Of a stretch of 64,000 nt of DNA, positions 17,494 through 27,654 are shown piece by piece. This DNA is from a virus. The notes under the pieces were generated by a model that ran no database searches, had not been told where the DNA came from, and saw nothing but the letters and a program-made list of their open reading frames with translations. The stretch's first letter is position 1, and each line of letters begins with the position of its first letter. Made by a program: the position numbers and the translations under genes. The DNA lies in IMG/VR virus record IMGVR_UViG_3300037418_003885, positions 7,249 through 71,248 of that record; one strand, written 5' to 3'.

Positions 17494-17559
17494 AGGGAAT
17501 ATTTAGCGGTCGGGTGATACTCGGCGTAGCTGGCGCTGTTTCTCCGCTAACACTCGGAC

Positions 17560-18531
17560 TTACGTCGTCATCGTCGTCCACGGCACAGGAATGCTCTCAC
17601 TGTTCTGCATCATCCCCGTTGGTGCCGATGGGACGGTCGCCGACGGCAAGTTAAACGACTGCGGCGTTGTTGCCCGCTGCGCCGTCAGTGTGTCGCCTCG
17701 CGTCAACTCGGGGCGAATGTTGGACGCTTGGCTCACTGCAAACAGCGGTGTCAAAGGTGTCGTTGACAGACCGCTGGCATCCTGTACCAGTGCAACATCG
17801 AGCGGCGAGATCGTATAACGAAACGCTTTCAGCAAATCGACCCCGTTCATCAAATCCTGAAGGCCGACCCCGACGCCGCGCAGATGATAGATATTTTCGA
17901 AGCTTCTCGCGTCACTACTCGGGAACTGTTCCAGCGGCACCGGACCTCCGCCACCAAAAACCGCCTCAGCGTGCTGTCCAACGAAGCTTGGCCGATTGTC
18001 GCTGCCGAAATTGACCCAGCGATCGAAGCCTGATTCGGTGCCGCCGAGAGAGGCGGTATTCGTGGCATCGAGTGGATAGTAGCCTTGGATTCCCAAAGCA
18101 TGGCCAAACTCATGCTCGATCACCGAGATCATATCAACCCGGTCGGGCGGGATGTCTGTACTGGTTTCCGGTGTCGGATCGATAAAATAGTTCTGCATTG
18201 CGAACGCCTTGTCGATCCGAATGATTACATCCGCGCCGGTGCCGACCAGATTGCCATAGTTGGTGTTATGGATGCCGTCGCGCAGCACGCTATCGACGCT
18301 GGTGATGGTGAGGTTCCGTCGCGTGCCGTTGAACGCGGTGAAGGTCCCATCGGCCACCGGATTGACCACGCCGCCGGCGCGATGGATGTTTTGCGTGCCG
18401 TACTCGATCTTGACCACCAGTTCGCCTTGACCCGACAGCCGGTTGGACCATTGGCGGATGGCGAAGTCGGCGTCTTTAACCAGTTCCGGCTCGACGTCGG
18501 GAGCGGCGACGATGCGATATGCGAACGTCAT
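17560..18531 (-). CDS. Zinc metalloprotease (metzincin-like)
   Basis: HEFGHALG zinc-binding motif, later H and 'LM' Met-turn. Confidence 0.75.
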   Translation of the reverse strand: MTFAYRIVAAPDVEPELVKDADFAIRQWSNRLSGQGELVVKIEYGTQNIHRAGGVVNPVADGTFTAFNGTRRNLTITSVDSVLRDGIHNTNYGNLVGTGADVIIRIDKAFAMQNYFIDPTPETSTDIPPDRVDMISVIEHEFGHALGIQGYYPLDATNTASLGGTESGFDRWVNFGSDNRPSFVGQHAEAVFGGGGPVPLEQFPSSDARSFENIYHLRGVGVGLQDLMNGVDLLKAFRYTISPLDVALVQDASGLSTTPLTPLFAVSQASNIRPELTRGDTLTAQRATTPQSFNLPSATVPSAPTGMMQNSESIPVPWTTMTT

Positions 18532-18664
18532 GGCGGTTCCTCCCAAAGGGGTTTAGCCAGCAAGCACCATTATCCATCATCACCGGCGGACGCCTATGAA
18601 GCGCTTCATACCTCGGTTGCCGTCAAAGAAACCGCTTGACTTTTGCTAATTAGAGGAACGCAGT

Positions 18665-19006
18665 ACCGGTTGCTCTGATGATGACGCTCACCCAGGGGAA
18701 ACACATGATGACAGTCGGTCTAGCGCACGGCGATCAGTGGCTCGCTTTCAACCAAAGGATCGGTCACAGCCAAGAGGACGCCGAGCGCGTCCGCAACGCG
18801 GTCGAAAGCTTTGACACAGGCTTGTGACAGGCGCGCGTGGGCGGGCTGAGCTACAGTCAACGTGGCGGTTATCCGCCGGAGGTGGGAAATATCGGACCCA
18901 CGTTCGATGAAGCTAGTACAAGGCGCGGACTCATCTGCCACTCCTTTGGGCTAGAAGGAAGGGTGAGTTCGTTTTAAGACCGGGTTCCGATACCCGGCCT
19001 TTTTTT
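18665..19006 (+). ncRNA. Candidate structured RNA ending in an intrinsic terminator
   Basis: Long-range pairing GCTCACCC (18686-18693)/GGGTGAGT (18961-18968), several internal hairpins, terminator at 18980-19006; a 40-codon ORF is an alternative reading. Confidence 0.4.
18980..19006 (+). terminator. Intrinsic terminator
   Basis: CCGGGT-tccgat-ACCCGG followed by a T-run. Confidence 0.7.
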
Positions 19007-19013
19007 CTTTTAA

Positions 19014-19355
19014 GTGGGGCGACGGAAGATGAGGAGAGAGTTCGACGAGAAAACGGCGATCCTGAAAAAAGCATTGGTCAGAATATTGATGGAGCCCATG
19101 TCAAAAGAGGCCGCGACAAAACTAGCTGAGGCCGGCGAACAGATGTTGGAGGTGGCGGAAAAATCGGGGGCGAGTGCCGCCTACCTTGATATTGTCGGCA
19201 TGTTGGATAAGGCCGCTGAATATTCAGCCGCATTGATCGTCCTCGACGATTTACTTGGGCGCGTTTTGCCGGCTCAAGGCATAACACCCGACGACATTTT
19301 GATCGCGTTGCGGCGGGAAATTGCCGAGCGTGGTGCACATCACAAGACGCACTGA
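19014..19355 (+). CDS. Hypothetical protein
   Basis: Helical ORF with plausible composition. Confidence 0.5.
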   Translation: MGRRKMRREFDEKTAILKKALVRILMEPMSKEAATKLAEAGEQMLEVAEKSGASAAYLDIVGMLDKAAEYSAALIVLDDLLGRVLPAQGITPDDILIALRREIAERGAHHKTH

Positions 19356-19554
19356 GGCTCGACAATGACACTATAGGAGGCATTTAGGCGCCCTATCTTC
19401 AGCGAGACCTACGGAAATCCGTGCCCTGCGGTGATGATCCCGCTCGTCGGGATTTCACCAGGGATATTCCCCTGCCTGCCAAATCCACCACACTTAGGAT
19501 CAGGCCGGAAAATCATTGACAAAAATTACGCACCGGCTACAATGACGATCCCTG

Positions 19555-19962
19555 ATGAGCACACGCACAGCGCTATCCATGGTCTCTCTAACGGCGCTCG
19601 TCGCAGGTGCTGGACTGCTTTTGGCATTTACGCCGGGCGTCACCCACCTAACAGGCGACCATAGCGTGGTGGCAACGCCAATAGCCAATGAACCAATCAC
19701 CGTCGCCAATGGCTATGATCTTGCGGGCATCGTCAGGCGCCCTAGCGGCACCGTGTCACGTGTTGGCGGCCCGGTAGATCGACCTGTGGTAAGTGACTAC
19801 GCCGCCGTGTCACAGCGTGGTGCCGTTGACCTACAGTCGCAACAGCCACCGATTCGTGGCGACGAATTCTTTGCGGACGCGCTGTCAGAGCTTCATGATC
19901 ATCGACCGGGCGGGCGGCGAAATTCCGGCGCGACACCACTACCGCGTCTATGGGTCTGGTAG
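19555..19962 (+). CDS. Hypothetical exported or membrane-anchored protein
   Basis: N-terminal hydrophobic segment; TTGACA..TACAAT promoter just upstream. Confidence 0.45.
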   Translation: MSTRTALSMVSLTALVAGAGLLLAFTPGVTHLTGDHSVVATPIANEPITVANGYDLAGIVRRPSGTVSRVGGPVDRPVVSDYAAVSQRGAVDLQSQQPPIRGDEFFADALSELHDHRPGGRRNSGATPLPRLWVW

Positions 19963-20187
19963 CGCCTCAGGCTTTGCCCCCCTTGCAAATTGCAGAATAC
20001 CGATCACTGCCGACAGCGGAATCTGAAACTGCTCAGCGATCTCTTCAGGATCAACACCGGCGTCGTAGTTCTCGACGATGGCATCGGCGGGCATGCGTGT
20101 GCCTTTGAGACAGGGCTTTCCTGACATCCTGCCGGGGACGGAGTCCACCAGATCACACTGGCTCCAGTCAATTTCGTCGTCTTCCAT
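19948..20187 (-). CDS. DUF433-family protein (antitoxin-type), orphan
   Basis: 'PGRMSGKPCLKGTRMPAD.IV...G..PEEIAEQF' signature. Confidence 0.85.
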   Translation of the reverse strand: MEDDEIDWSQCDLVDSVPGRMSGKPCLKGTRMPADAIVENYDAGVDPEEIAEQFQIPLSAVIGILQFARGAKPEALPDP

Positions 20188-20417
20188 GTTGCTCAACCCT
20201 CCGGTAGAGTCGGTACCATACCATCGTCGGTCGTAGAGTTGAAGATCGATTTCAAGCGGACCGCACTCAAGAAGTAATTTTGTTGCAAGCCTGGAGCCAG
20301 ACAAGTACCAGATGAAGATTCTAATGTTTGACACGTGGAAGCGCTCTGTGGCCGATCGACCGGAAATTGACGATGATATTTGAGATGCGGATTAGGTGCG
20401 AGCAGATGCGCAATCCG

Positions 20418-20843
20418 TTAGCCATTATGCCCGCTGTAAATTTCGCAGCTTGCGAAACTGAATGCGAGATATAAGAACGCGGTGGCGAGATCACTCCATG
20501 CTAAGTCAGCAGTGGTCACCATAAAAAGCAAATTGATCAACAGTAGCAGACGCACCACGCGGAACTTGTATCGCCAGACATTACCCCCACCCGGCTGCAA
20601 CAGGCGTGCTATGCGCGAAAAGACGAGACGCAAGGTTATGGTCACAAGGGCTGTGGCCCCAGACAGCAACCCAAACACGAGGCGCATGTCGTCCGACGCC
20701 CAGAGCATCGCAAAGATGATCGCGACGATGGCGCCGTCCAGGAAAAACTGGCCAATGTGCGGGCCGTCCGTCCACCGGGCTAAACGGTTGCAGATGGGTT
20801 GATAGATGCGGTCCAGCAATATTGCGTCGGGCACGAATGTCAT
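20418..20843 (-). CDS. Membrane protein
   Basis: About four hydrophobic segments. Confidence 0.55.
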   Translation of the reverse strand: MTFVPDAILLDRIYQPICNRLARWTDGPHIGQFFLDGAIVAIIFAMLWASDDMRLVFGLLSGATALVTITLRLVFSRIARLLQPGGGNVWRYKFRVVRLLLLINLLFMVTTADLAWSDLATAFLYLAFSFASCEIYSGHNG

Positions 20844-20926
20844 GATTATCCCTTCGCCGGTTGAAGCTAGATTATAGTCGGTTACTATTTGCTTGACAAT
20901 TCCTCCAAAACTGATAATATGCCGAC

Positions 20927-21232
20927 ATGGCAAAGCGACCTGTCCTGCAATATCGATTTGATCGCATCGAGGGCAATCTGCCCAAGAGTGGATGGAATAA
21001 AGTTCGCGCTGCCTACCGAGTTTCGGTTGGCGGTAAGCATGTCGGAACTGTGTTCGACATTTATGTCACGCACCTGGAGCAAAGCGCCTGGGAAGCCAAC
21101 GGGTTCGATGGCCATCGCGGTGTGCATCAGCATCAATGGCAGGCGGCGTTGGCGCTCTCCTGGGACCCCACCGTCGAAGCGGATCAATCCCCTTACAAGG
21201 CAGCGCGGAGGCGCGAAGTGGAAATCGTTTAG
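20927..21232 (+). CDS. Hypothetical protein
   Basis: ORF directly after TTGACA..TAATAT. Confidence 0.5.
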   Translation: MAKRPVLQYRFDRIEGNLPKSGWNKVRAAYRVSVGGKHVGTVFDIYVTHLEQSAWEANGFDGHRGVHQHQWQAALALSWDPTVEADQSPYKAARRREVEIV

Positions 21233-21510
21233 AGCGATGTGATTAGGGTTCGCCGAAACCAAACACGATAGCACACTCGGTCGCACTGAATTAGCGGTTG
21301 TTAACAAACGAAGTCGCCTCGGAGATTGGGCTTTGGCGCCAACCGAAGCGGCGGTTCTCGGCCAGCGAAAACGCCGATATAGTCCAGTGGGCGGAATTAA
21401 CGTGTCGAAGCGACGCGCCGCTGTCTGTCCTGCGCTGGACCATTTGCGGGCGTTCGGCCCGCGTCAAGGGAACGTATTTGCGCAGACTGCAAGAGGATGC
21501 GAGCCGGACG

Positions 21511-21867
21511 ATGAAGGCTGTTGCGGGTGTCTGCTGTATTCTGATTCTCAGCGCCTGTGGCCGACTGCCGCCCAGCTATTACGACGGTCAGTATTCCGGG
21601 GTGACCAAAAAGGATCGATGTCAACCAGCCTCGCAGATCAGCGCAATCGTCTATCAGAGCCAGTTCCGTTTGGCGGTCTACCGTTATCGGATCAACGGCT
21701 CGGTGGATGCTGACGGCTACCTTAACGGCGTTGCCGACGGTGACTACGGTCACGTCACGTTTAGGGGGCACATCGCTCGTCCGATCTTCGGGAAATTGTT
21801 TTCCGGCGATGTAACCGACGGCCGGTGCAACCCGTATATTGAGTTGTCACCTGGAATGCCGGATTAA
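21511..21867 (+). CDS. Putative lipoprotein
   Basis: Lipobox LSAC; 'YDGQYSG' shared with the next gene. Confidence 0.65.
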   Translation: MKAVAGVCCILILSACGRLPPSYYDGQYSGVTKKDRCQPASQISAIVYQSQFRLAVYRYRINGSVDADGYLNGVADGDYGHVTFRGHIARPIFGKLFSGDVTDGRCNPYIELSPGMPD

Positions 21868-22340
21868 TGCGGAACTTATTGTTCGTTGCTCTGATCGGTG
21901 CGGTCGCTGCATGTTCGCCGGTCCAGCCGATCGCATCCGCCCGCTATGACGGCCACTATAGCGGAACACGCCGCTCCAATTCAAACGACGCCTGTGGCAT
22001 CATTGATCTCCGTGGCCGCACACACGCTGATATCGTCGGCGGCGAGATCACCTTGCCGTTGTTTGGTCCCAGATCGATGTTGGAGGGGACAGTCGGCGCC
22101 AGCGGTGAGATTCGTGCGTCAGGCATGTGGCAGAGCCAACCGACGTCGCATTTTCCGGGGATTACCACCTTCACTGGCCAGATAACAGGGGGCGAGTTAG
22201 ACGGCGAGGCGAGCAACTTTAAATGCCAGACGATTGTTCGGTTGCGCCGAACTCAGCCCGCTCTACCGGTGCCGCCGCTACCCCCACGTCACAAATCGGC
22301 CCGCCAGTGCTGCAATAAGCCAGCATCTCGTACCCCTTGA
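21867..22340 (+). CDS. Putative lipoprotein (tandem paralog)
   Basis: Lipobox VAAC; 'YDGHYSG'. Confidence 0.65.
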   Translation: MRNLLFVALIGAVAACSPVQPIASARYDGHYSGTRRSNSNDACGIIDLRGRTHADIVGGEITLPLFGPRSMLEGTVGASGEIRASGMWQSQPTSHFPGITTFTGQITGGELDGEASNFKCQTIVRLRRTQPALPVPPLPPRHKSARQCCNKPASRTP

Positions 22341-22360
22341 ATGGGTAGAGGAGATGAAAC

Positions 22361-22588
22361 ATGAAAAGCAGGCGCGAACAAGCCGTCACCGACATGTGGC
22401 GGGATGTTGAAGTTATCGTCGGCAACTGGACGGTTGATGATCGCAGCCGTGAACAGGAAACCCTCCAGAGGCTCCTATTGGAAATCGCTTACAACCCTTC
22501 GGTACCGCTCAGCGTCGTGTCCGATATCGGCATGGCGATCCGCATCGCGTATGACCTCGGCCGGATAAAAAGAGCCAGCGTCAACTAA
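22361..22588 (+). CDS. Hypothetical protein
   Basis: GGAG RBS; compact ORF. Confidence 0.5.
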   Translation: MKSRREQAVTDMWRDVEVIVGNWTVDDRSREQETLQRLLLEIAYNPSVPLSVVSDIGMAIRIAYDLGRIKRASVN

Positions 22589-22754
22589 GCCGTCGTCATA
22601 AGGCATATCCATTGCGGCAGCAGGATTACAGCGCACCACCGTTGATGTTTGCTCACTACCAATTTTTCTCCGACTGTCTTGCGGCCAAGTTCGCATTCTG
22701 GAAAACAGATGTGGCCGGGACGCCGTTGTCTCGGCAGTGGGAGTAAGACGAACC

Positions 22755-22949
22755 ATGCACGAATTACGAGTACTCGACGAGCATGAACTTGATCTGGTGA
22801 GCGGTGGTGCGGCGGGCGTCAATACATCAGGCACTGGCGACAACCCGTCCTCTGCTAACTCATTTGGTAGCGGCGCGACCTGCAACTATATCATGCGTGC
22901 CCCTGGCGTCAGCACGGGAGCGCCGACGATAACTCACGAGAAGATGTAA
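22755..22949 (+). CDS. Double-glycine-leader peptide precursor
   Basis: MHELRVLDEHELDLVSGG followed by a G/S/T/N-rich core; GC hairpin at 22953-22981 follows. Confidence 0.7.
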   Translation: MHELRVLDEHELDLVSGGAAGVNTSGTGDNPSSANSFGSGATCNYIMRAPGVSTGAPTITHEKM

Positions 22950-22996
22950 TACGCGGGGGGGGCGCGCTTGCGCCCCCCCCGACTCTGAAGATGATT

Positions 22997-23533
22997 CTAT
23001 GTCGTCCGCTCATCGACAAACAGCGACGCGGAACGCTCTTCAGACATCCATATGGTCAGGGTATAGCGCGGGCTGTGAACAGTGTTGACGCCGTGCAGCA
23101 CACGCTTGTCGTAAGCGAGCATCATCGCTCGGCGCGGCATGATGGTGGTGCCCAGCGTGGGAAACACGATCTCGCCGCCGTCATCTTGATCGTTCAAGTA
23201 AATGATCGCCGTATGGCTGCGGTTGCTGGTATGGGGATTTTGCCCGTCGCGGTGGATCAGCATGGAGTCGCCGTCATCCCAGCGGACCATGCTGACCGTC
23301 TCGGCAAACAGCGTTGTTTGAAAGTGTCGCCCGACTACAGACGTCACCTGCAACGTCATGCGCGATACAACGTATTGCACGTCGCTGCTCATGCGCTGTA
23401 AGTAGAGAACTCGATTGTCGAAGTAGTCGTCGATGTCGGGATTCAACACGCGCTTATTGGGATTGCGTTCAAACTCGGCGATCAACGTATCGCAGGCCGC
23501 GCCATCCATGATGTCATTAAAAATAATAAGCAT
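22997..23533 (-). CDS. 2OG-Fe(II) oxygenase (prolyl-hydroxylase-like)
   Basis: HxD (IHRD), 'IIYLND..DGGEIVF', distal H and RYT. Confidence 0.85.
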   Translation of the reverse strand: MLIIFNDIMDGAACDTLIAEFERNPNKRVLNPDIDDYFDNRVLYLQRMSSDVQYVVSRMTLQVTSVVGRHFQTTLFAETVSMVRWDDGDSMLIHRDGQNPHTSNRSHTAIIYLNDQDDGGEIVFPTLGTTIMPRRAMMLAYDKRVLHGVNTVHSPRYTLTIWMSEERSASLFVDERTT

Positions 23534-23581
23534 TTCCGGTTCCTGTCGGCGGCAAAATTACAGCATCCGGCCTCCGCGCCA

Positions 23582-26053
23582 TTACATGTACTGCTCGACG
23601 CTGACATAGTCGAGGTCAATATTCCGCAGCGTCGCCGTCTTCGAGTAACCGCATGCGACTGGACTGATGACTGCCGACGCCGTGATCGCACCTACCATCA
23701 CTGAGCCGACCACCACGCCCTCGCGAACAAACGTAGCCGCGCCGGCTGAGGTCAGTTCGACGCGCCAGCGCTCATACGTGGCGGCCACCGGCGCCACACC
23801 GGAAAACACATGTTGCGCCGAGGCACCGGCAACACCGCATAAGCACCATTGCTGCGTGGTCGCCGAAGTATCGAAGAGTACGCCGACAGCATCAGTTGCG
23901 GCAGCGGTGAACACATCGCCTGACGCCAGAGTGAATGGCATCGTTAGTGTGTTCCCCTGAGCCGTGAGGCCCACAAAAACCGCCACGCTCGTGATCGATG
24001 ATATGCGGACACGGAACTCGGCAACAAGGCCGCCGTTCGCGGCAGACCATGCAGGCAACGCTTCCATACGGGTGCCGTTCACGGCCATCGTTGCACCGGC
24101 CCCAGCGCCGGTCACCATCCGTCCAACGCCATCACTGCCGCTAACGGTGGTCGCAAACGCTGCCGTGGCATCAGAGCCTTTCAACGTCAGCCAATTAGTT
24201 GAGAGTGCCCGGCCCAGGAAATCATCGATGAATTGTGGCCCACGGCGGCTCTGGATAACTGGACCGTCGGAATTACCGATGATGACGTTCGCGTCTGAAC
24301 CACCGCTCGTCGTATTCAACACGCGACCGGTATAGCCATAGCCGCGCGCTCGGTTGATCTCGACGCTGATTGTGCTGGCAGAGCGCCTGATCAAGTCCGT
24401 TACTTTGGCGTCGGAACTATGCACGAGTAACCGTTCGATAGTAATCTGCGCCGGAAAATTTGTTGCCAGGATATCAATCGCGACAGGCGCTGTAGCAGTC
24501 GATTGGCAAACATCCTTGACTTTGAGATGGTACGAGTTGCGCTTGGCCACACCGTTACGGCCAACTGTAATCGCCGGCCCGCCAGATCGCGAGATGTTCG
24601 CTTCGATCTGCGTATCGTAGCCTTCGTCGAGTATCGCGCCGTATTCACGCCAGTCAAACCCGACCTCGACATCATTGCTGGTGTTCGTGTTGTTGCTGGA
24701 AAATCCCTGGATCAAGCATTCGTCGGCAGCGGTAGAAACCGCCTGCCCGCCGCGAATCCAAAGGGCGGGACCAAAACAATCGCGGGCGGAACAGCCGATC
24801 ATTTGCATACGATAGGACCGCAACTGGAACCCGCAAAACCTGCCGCCGATCGTATGTAAATTGTTGAACGCGATGTCGAGACCGGCGGTGTGGCTGTCCC
24901 AACCGGCATTTTTGGCATCAATGTGAACGCCGTTGGCGATGATGCTACCGATCGGCACGCCGAGGTTGCGCCCAGGGTAACCACCAATCGTGGTGTAGCC
25001 GTGTCTTATCCTTTCAAAGTGCAAATTATTTGCAACCAAGCCCTGGTTCAGCGCCTCCTCTCGAATGCCGTAGCCATAGCCGCCAGGACCATCGACACTT
25101 GTTGGGTCGGAACTCCCGGTTGTTGTGGAGCCGAAGTCATACGCCGATAACCCATCGATGTGTCCGTTGAGACATCCGGTCAGGCATACGGCAGCGTGGA
25201 TGCCGTTCCGCAGTGAGACGCGCTGGATAGCCGGACGGTGACACCACGCGAAGTCCAATCCAAACGCTTCCTGATAGGAGTTGCTGTTCCCTATGGTCGT
25301 GGTGATATCCATGACCAGATCGAGATCGCGGTAGCCAACGCCCCTCAGCAACGTGACCGTTCCAAGTTGCGCTGCACTCGCCACCGCAAATGATTGTTTC
25401 GTCGGCCCCCACAAGTTGACCACATCGCCGACAACAGAACGCACACGCACAAACTCCGCCTTCTGTGTATTTTGGTTTGGTAACGGCGGGCTGGTGTCTG
25501 TCAGTACGTAGGTCGTGTCGGCAGTGATGCTGGCGCCTTTACCGGTCGCTAGCGTGATCGACAGCGCGCCATACGCAACGTCGGCCGCGAGCGTGAGGCC
25601 AGAAAAAGCTGGCGCTGTGCCAGATGCTTGAAACAAGCTTAACAACCCGTGTTTGTAAATGGTGGTTTGACCCGGCTCGCCCGAAAGGAACACGCCCGGG
25701 TTGATGAGTCGGGTGTCGGGGTCGGTTTGATAATTGCCGCCCGCTAAACGAACCGAACGGAACCCCTGCGTACCAAAATCACTGATCATATCACCCCACA
25801 GCGCGTTGAGGGTCGCGTTGCCGGTGCGCACGGCTGTGCGCTGAGTGTCCGAGGTCGCATAGTCGAGAATATCCATCACCCGCTGCGATCGATCCTGCAT
25901 GATCGCGACTTGAGCTTGAACATCGGGTGCGATAGTGCCGGTAATTCCCTCAACGTCAGGAAATATCAGCGCCACATCGTCCGAACGGGCTGCCATGCTT
26001 GGTACCGGTGGAACGCTGCCCCACCTTGTGCGGACGGTATTGTTGTTCGGCAC
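23582..26053 (-). CDS. Tail fibre/spike-like protein with pectin-lyase-like beta-helix
   Basis: 823 aa, G/T/A/S-rich beta-helix-like repeats ('RIRHGY', 'AGWDSH'); TAAATA at 26078-26083. Confidence 0.6.
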   Translation of the reverse strand: MPNNNTVRTRWGSVPPVPSMAARSDDVALIFPDVEGITGTIAPDVQAQVAIMQDRSQRVMDILDYATSDTQRTAVRTGNATLNALWGDMISDFGTQGFRSVRLAGGNYQTDPDTRLINPGVFLSGEPGQTTIYKHGLLSLFQASGTAPAFSGLTLAADVAYGALSITLATGKGASITADTTYVLTDTSPPLPNQNTQKAEFVRVRSVVGDVVNLWGPTKQSFAVASAAQLGTVTLLRGVGYRDLDLVMDITTTIGNSNSYQEAFGLDFAWCHRPAIQRVSLRNGIHAAVCLTGCLNGHIDGLSAYDFGSTTTGSSDPTSVDGPGGYGYGIREEALNQGLVANNLHFERIRHGYTTIGGYPGRNLGVPIGSIIANGVHIDAKNAGWDSHTAGLDIAFNNLHTIGGRFCGFQLRSYRMQMIGCSARDCFGPALWIRGGQAVSTAADECLIQGFSSNNTNTSNDVEVGFDWREYGAILDEGYDTQIEANISRSGGPAITVGRNGVAKRNSYHLKVKDVCQSTATAPVAIDILATNFPAQITIERLLVHSSDAKVTDLIRRSASTISVEINRARGYGYTGRVLNTTSGGSDANVIIGNSDGPVIQSRRGPQFIDDFLGRALSTNWLTLKGSDATAAFATTVSGSDGVGRMVTGAGAGATMAVNGTRMEALPAWSAANGGLVAEFRVRISSITSVAVFVGLTAQGNTLTMPFTLASGDVFTAAATDAVGVLFDTSATTQQWCLCGVAGASAQHVFSGVAPVAATYERWRVELTSAGAATFVREGVVVGSVMVGAITASAVISPVACGYSKTATLRNIDLDYVSVEQYM

Positions 26054-26183
26054 GATTAGCCCCCAGTTACTTTCTGGTATTTACATCAGACTTATCAGAC
26101 ACACCGACAGGGACTTTTTATCACGCGTGATATTTGTCCGCGTCCCGAGGGGTAAATACATCCGTCAAGCAGGGAGACGGGTG

Positions 26184-26558
26184 ATGCTGAAGTGGCTGAA
26201 ACGGGGTAACGAATGGCTGGCGATCAGACTAACGCTCGTTGTGAGCACGATGGAGTGCGTGTGGCTTTTCACTCTGTGGAGTCTGATGCCGCTCGTGCTT
26301 CCAGCCACGCGTGATACGGTGTTCTACATCTCAGGCGGAATCCTACAGCTTGTCTTCCTACCGCTGATCCTGGTTGGCCAGAGCCTGCTGTCGCGTGCCT
26401 CCGAAGACCGCGCTGCGCAGGATCACCGCGCGCTGATGAAACTTCTGCGCGAGAACCAGCATATCCTGAAAGAGCAACGCATTGAGGACGCCGACCTGAC
26501 CGACATCGTCAAGCGGCTCGATGTAATTGAAAATCAGATCGGCGGGCTGGCGCGCTGA
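26184..26558 (+). CDS. DUF1003-like membrane protein
   Basis: Two TM segments, 'LQLVFLPLILVGQ...RAAQD'; TAAATA at 26153. Confidence 0.6.
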   Translation: MLKWLKRGNEWLAIRLTLVVSTMECVWLFTLWSLMPLVLPATRDTVFYISGGILQLVFLPLILVGQSLLSRASEDRAAQDHRALMKLLRENQHILKEQRIEDADLTDIVKRLDVIENQIGGLAR

Positions 26559-26831
26559 CATAAGCTTCAGCGTCTGCCGCGCAAGCGCCTTTCGCGCAGC
26601 ATCTCCAACTCAGCCTGATCGTCGATCAGTCGCGCGCGTGCCCGCTCCTCAGGCGATCGGCCGCACCGAATGATGAACATAAAAGTCGGGATACACAGCA
26701 GGCCAAGCGCGAGCCAAATCCCGATAATCCACACGGTCCATCGTAGCCAATCAGGCATTAACATCATCTCCCGATGTGGCCCCCAATATCTGTGAGGGAC
26801 CACACCCGGTTGACTACGATGCTTTCGACGG

Positions 26832-27251
26832 TCAGTCCAGCTTCAGGAAGCCGATCGCCGCCACGACGTAGCGTTGACCGCCGATCTCAAAAAGATCGCC
26901 CATCATCGCCGAGCGGTGGCCGTAGGCGCCGACGCCGTCCACCTCGATCGGGTCCAGCAGCGGCTTGAGGCCGTGCGGCGGCTCAAGGGTCCACGAGTCG
27001 CTGAAAACGCCGTTCTGCATCATGCGGTAGGCGTAATCCAAGCTGAACTCGACGCCAACCCGGGTATCGTGGGGCACGGCGGCAACCGGGACATAAGCGT
27101 GCTGCTCGCACAGTTTCTTCGCCGCCGCGACAAGTCTACCGGCATCATGGCCTGTCAAATCGTAGCGAGTGTCGCGGTCGAGATCATACGGCGCGAAATA
27201 GACGATGATGTGACGCTGCATCAGCGGCGGCTCGGTGACATCTTTGACCAT
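26832..27251 (-). CDS. Hypothetical phage protein
   Basis: 'HRSAMMGDLF...YVVAAIGF' motif. Confidence 0.55.
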   Translation of the reverse strand: MVKDVTEPPLMQRHIIVYFAPYDLDRDTRYDLTGHDAGRLVAAAKKLCEQHAYVPVAAVPHDTRVGVEFSLDYAYRMMQNGVFSDSWTLEPPHGLKPLLDPIEVDGVGAYGHRSAMMGDLFEIGGQRYVVAAIGFLKLD

Positions 27252-27435
27252 CTGCCTGTTTCCGTTTAGTTGTTGACGACGCTATAATACCGGTTTGGCA
27301 CGGATTGTCAACTGGATTGTCAAAACGATTTTCGCCTTGCCGCAGCAGAGCAGGCTGTAGCACTGCGATGACCGCTTGACGGCAAAGCAGCCGTCAAGTA
27401 ACCATCCAACCTCCTTCAACTAGCGGGAGGTATTG

Positions 27436-27561
27436 ATGACGAAGAATAGCGCATCCAGCCGCGACACCGTCGAGTTCCAGGATCGATATCAAGAATATCG
27501 TAGGAAGAAGCGACGGGCGGCGCGAAAAGCGCGCAAGATCACACGAAGATTTGCCAAATAA
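27436..27561 (+). CDS. Small basic protein (41 aa, not in the ORF track)
   Basis: GGAGG RBS; Arg/Lys-rich C-terminal half. Confidence 0.4.
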   Translation: MTKNSASSRDTVEFQDRYQEYRRKKRRAARKARKITRRFAK

Positions 27562-27654
27562 TCACGCCACACCCCGGCGCTCTCGCCGTGCAGTCCGTGA
27601 CAGCAGCGGGGCGATATGATAGGCCGATAGGGGTCAGCGGAGGGGGGATTAAAC

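Noticed and set aside
18675-18702. Hammerhead ribozyme (CTGATGA...GAAAC)
   Set aside because: The bases between the two core motifs do not form a credible stem II, and I could not find stems I and III.
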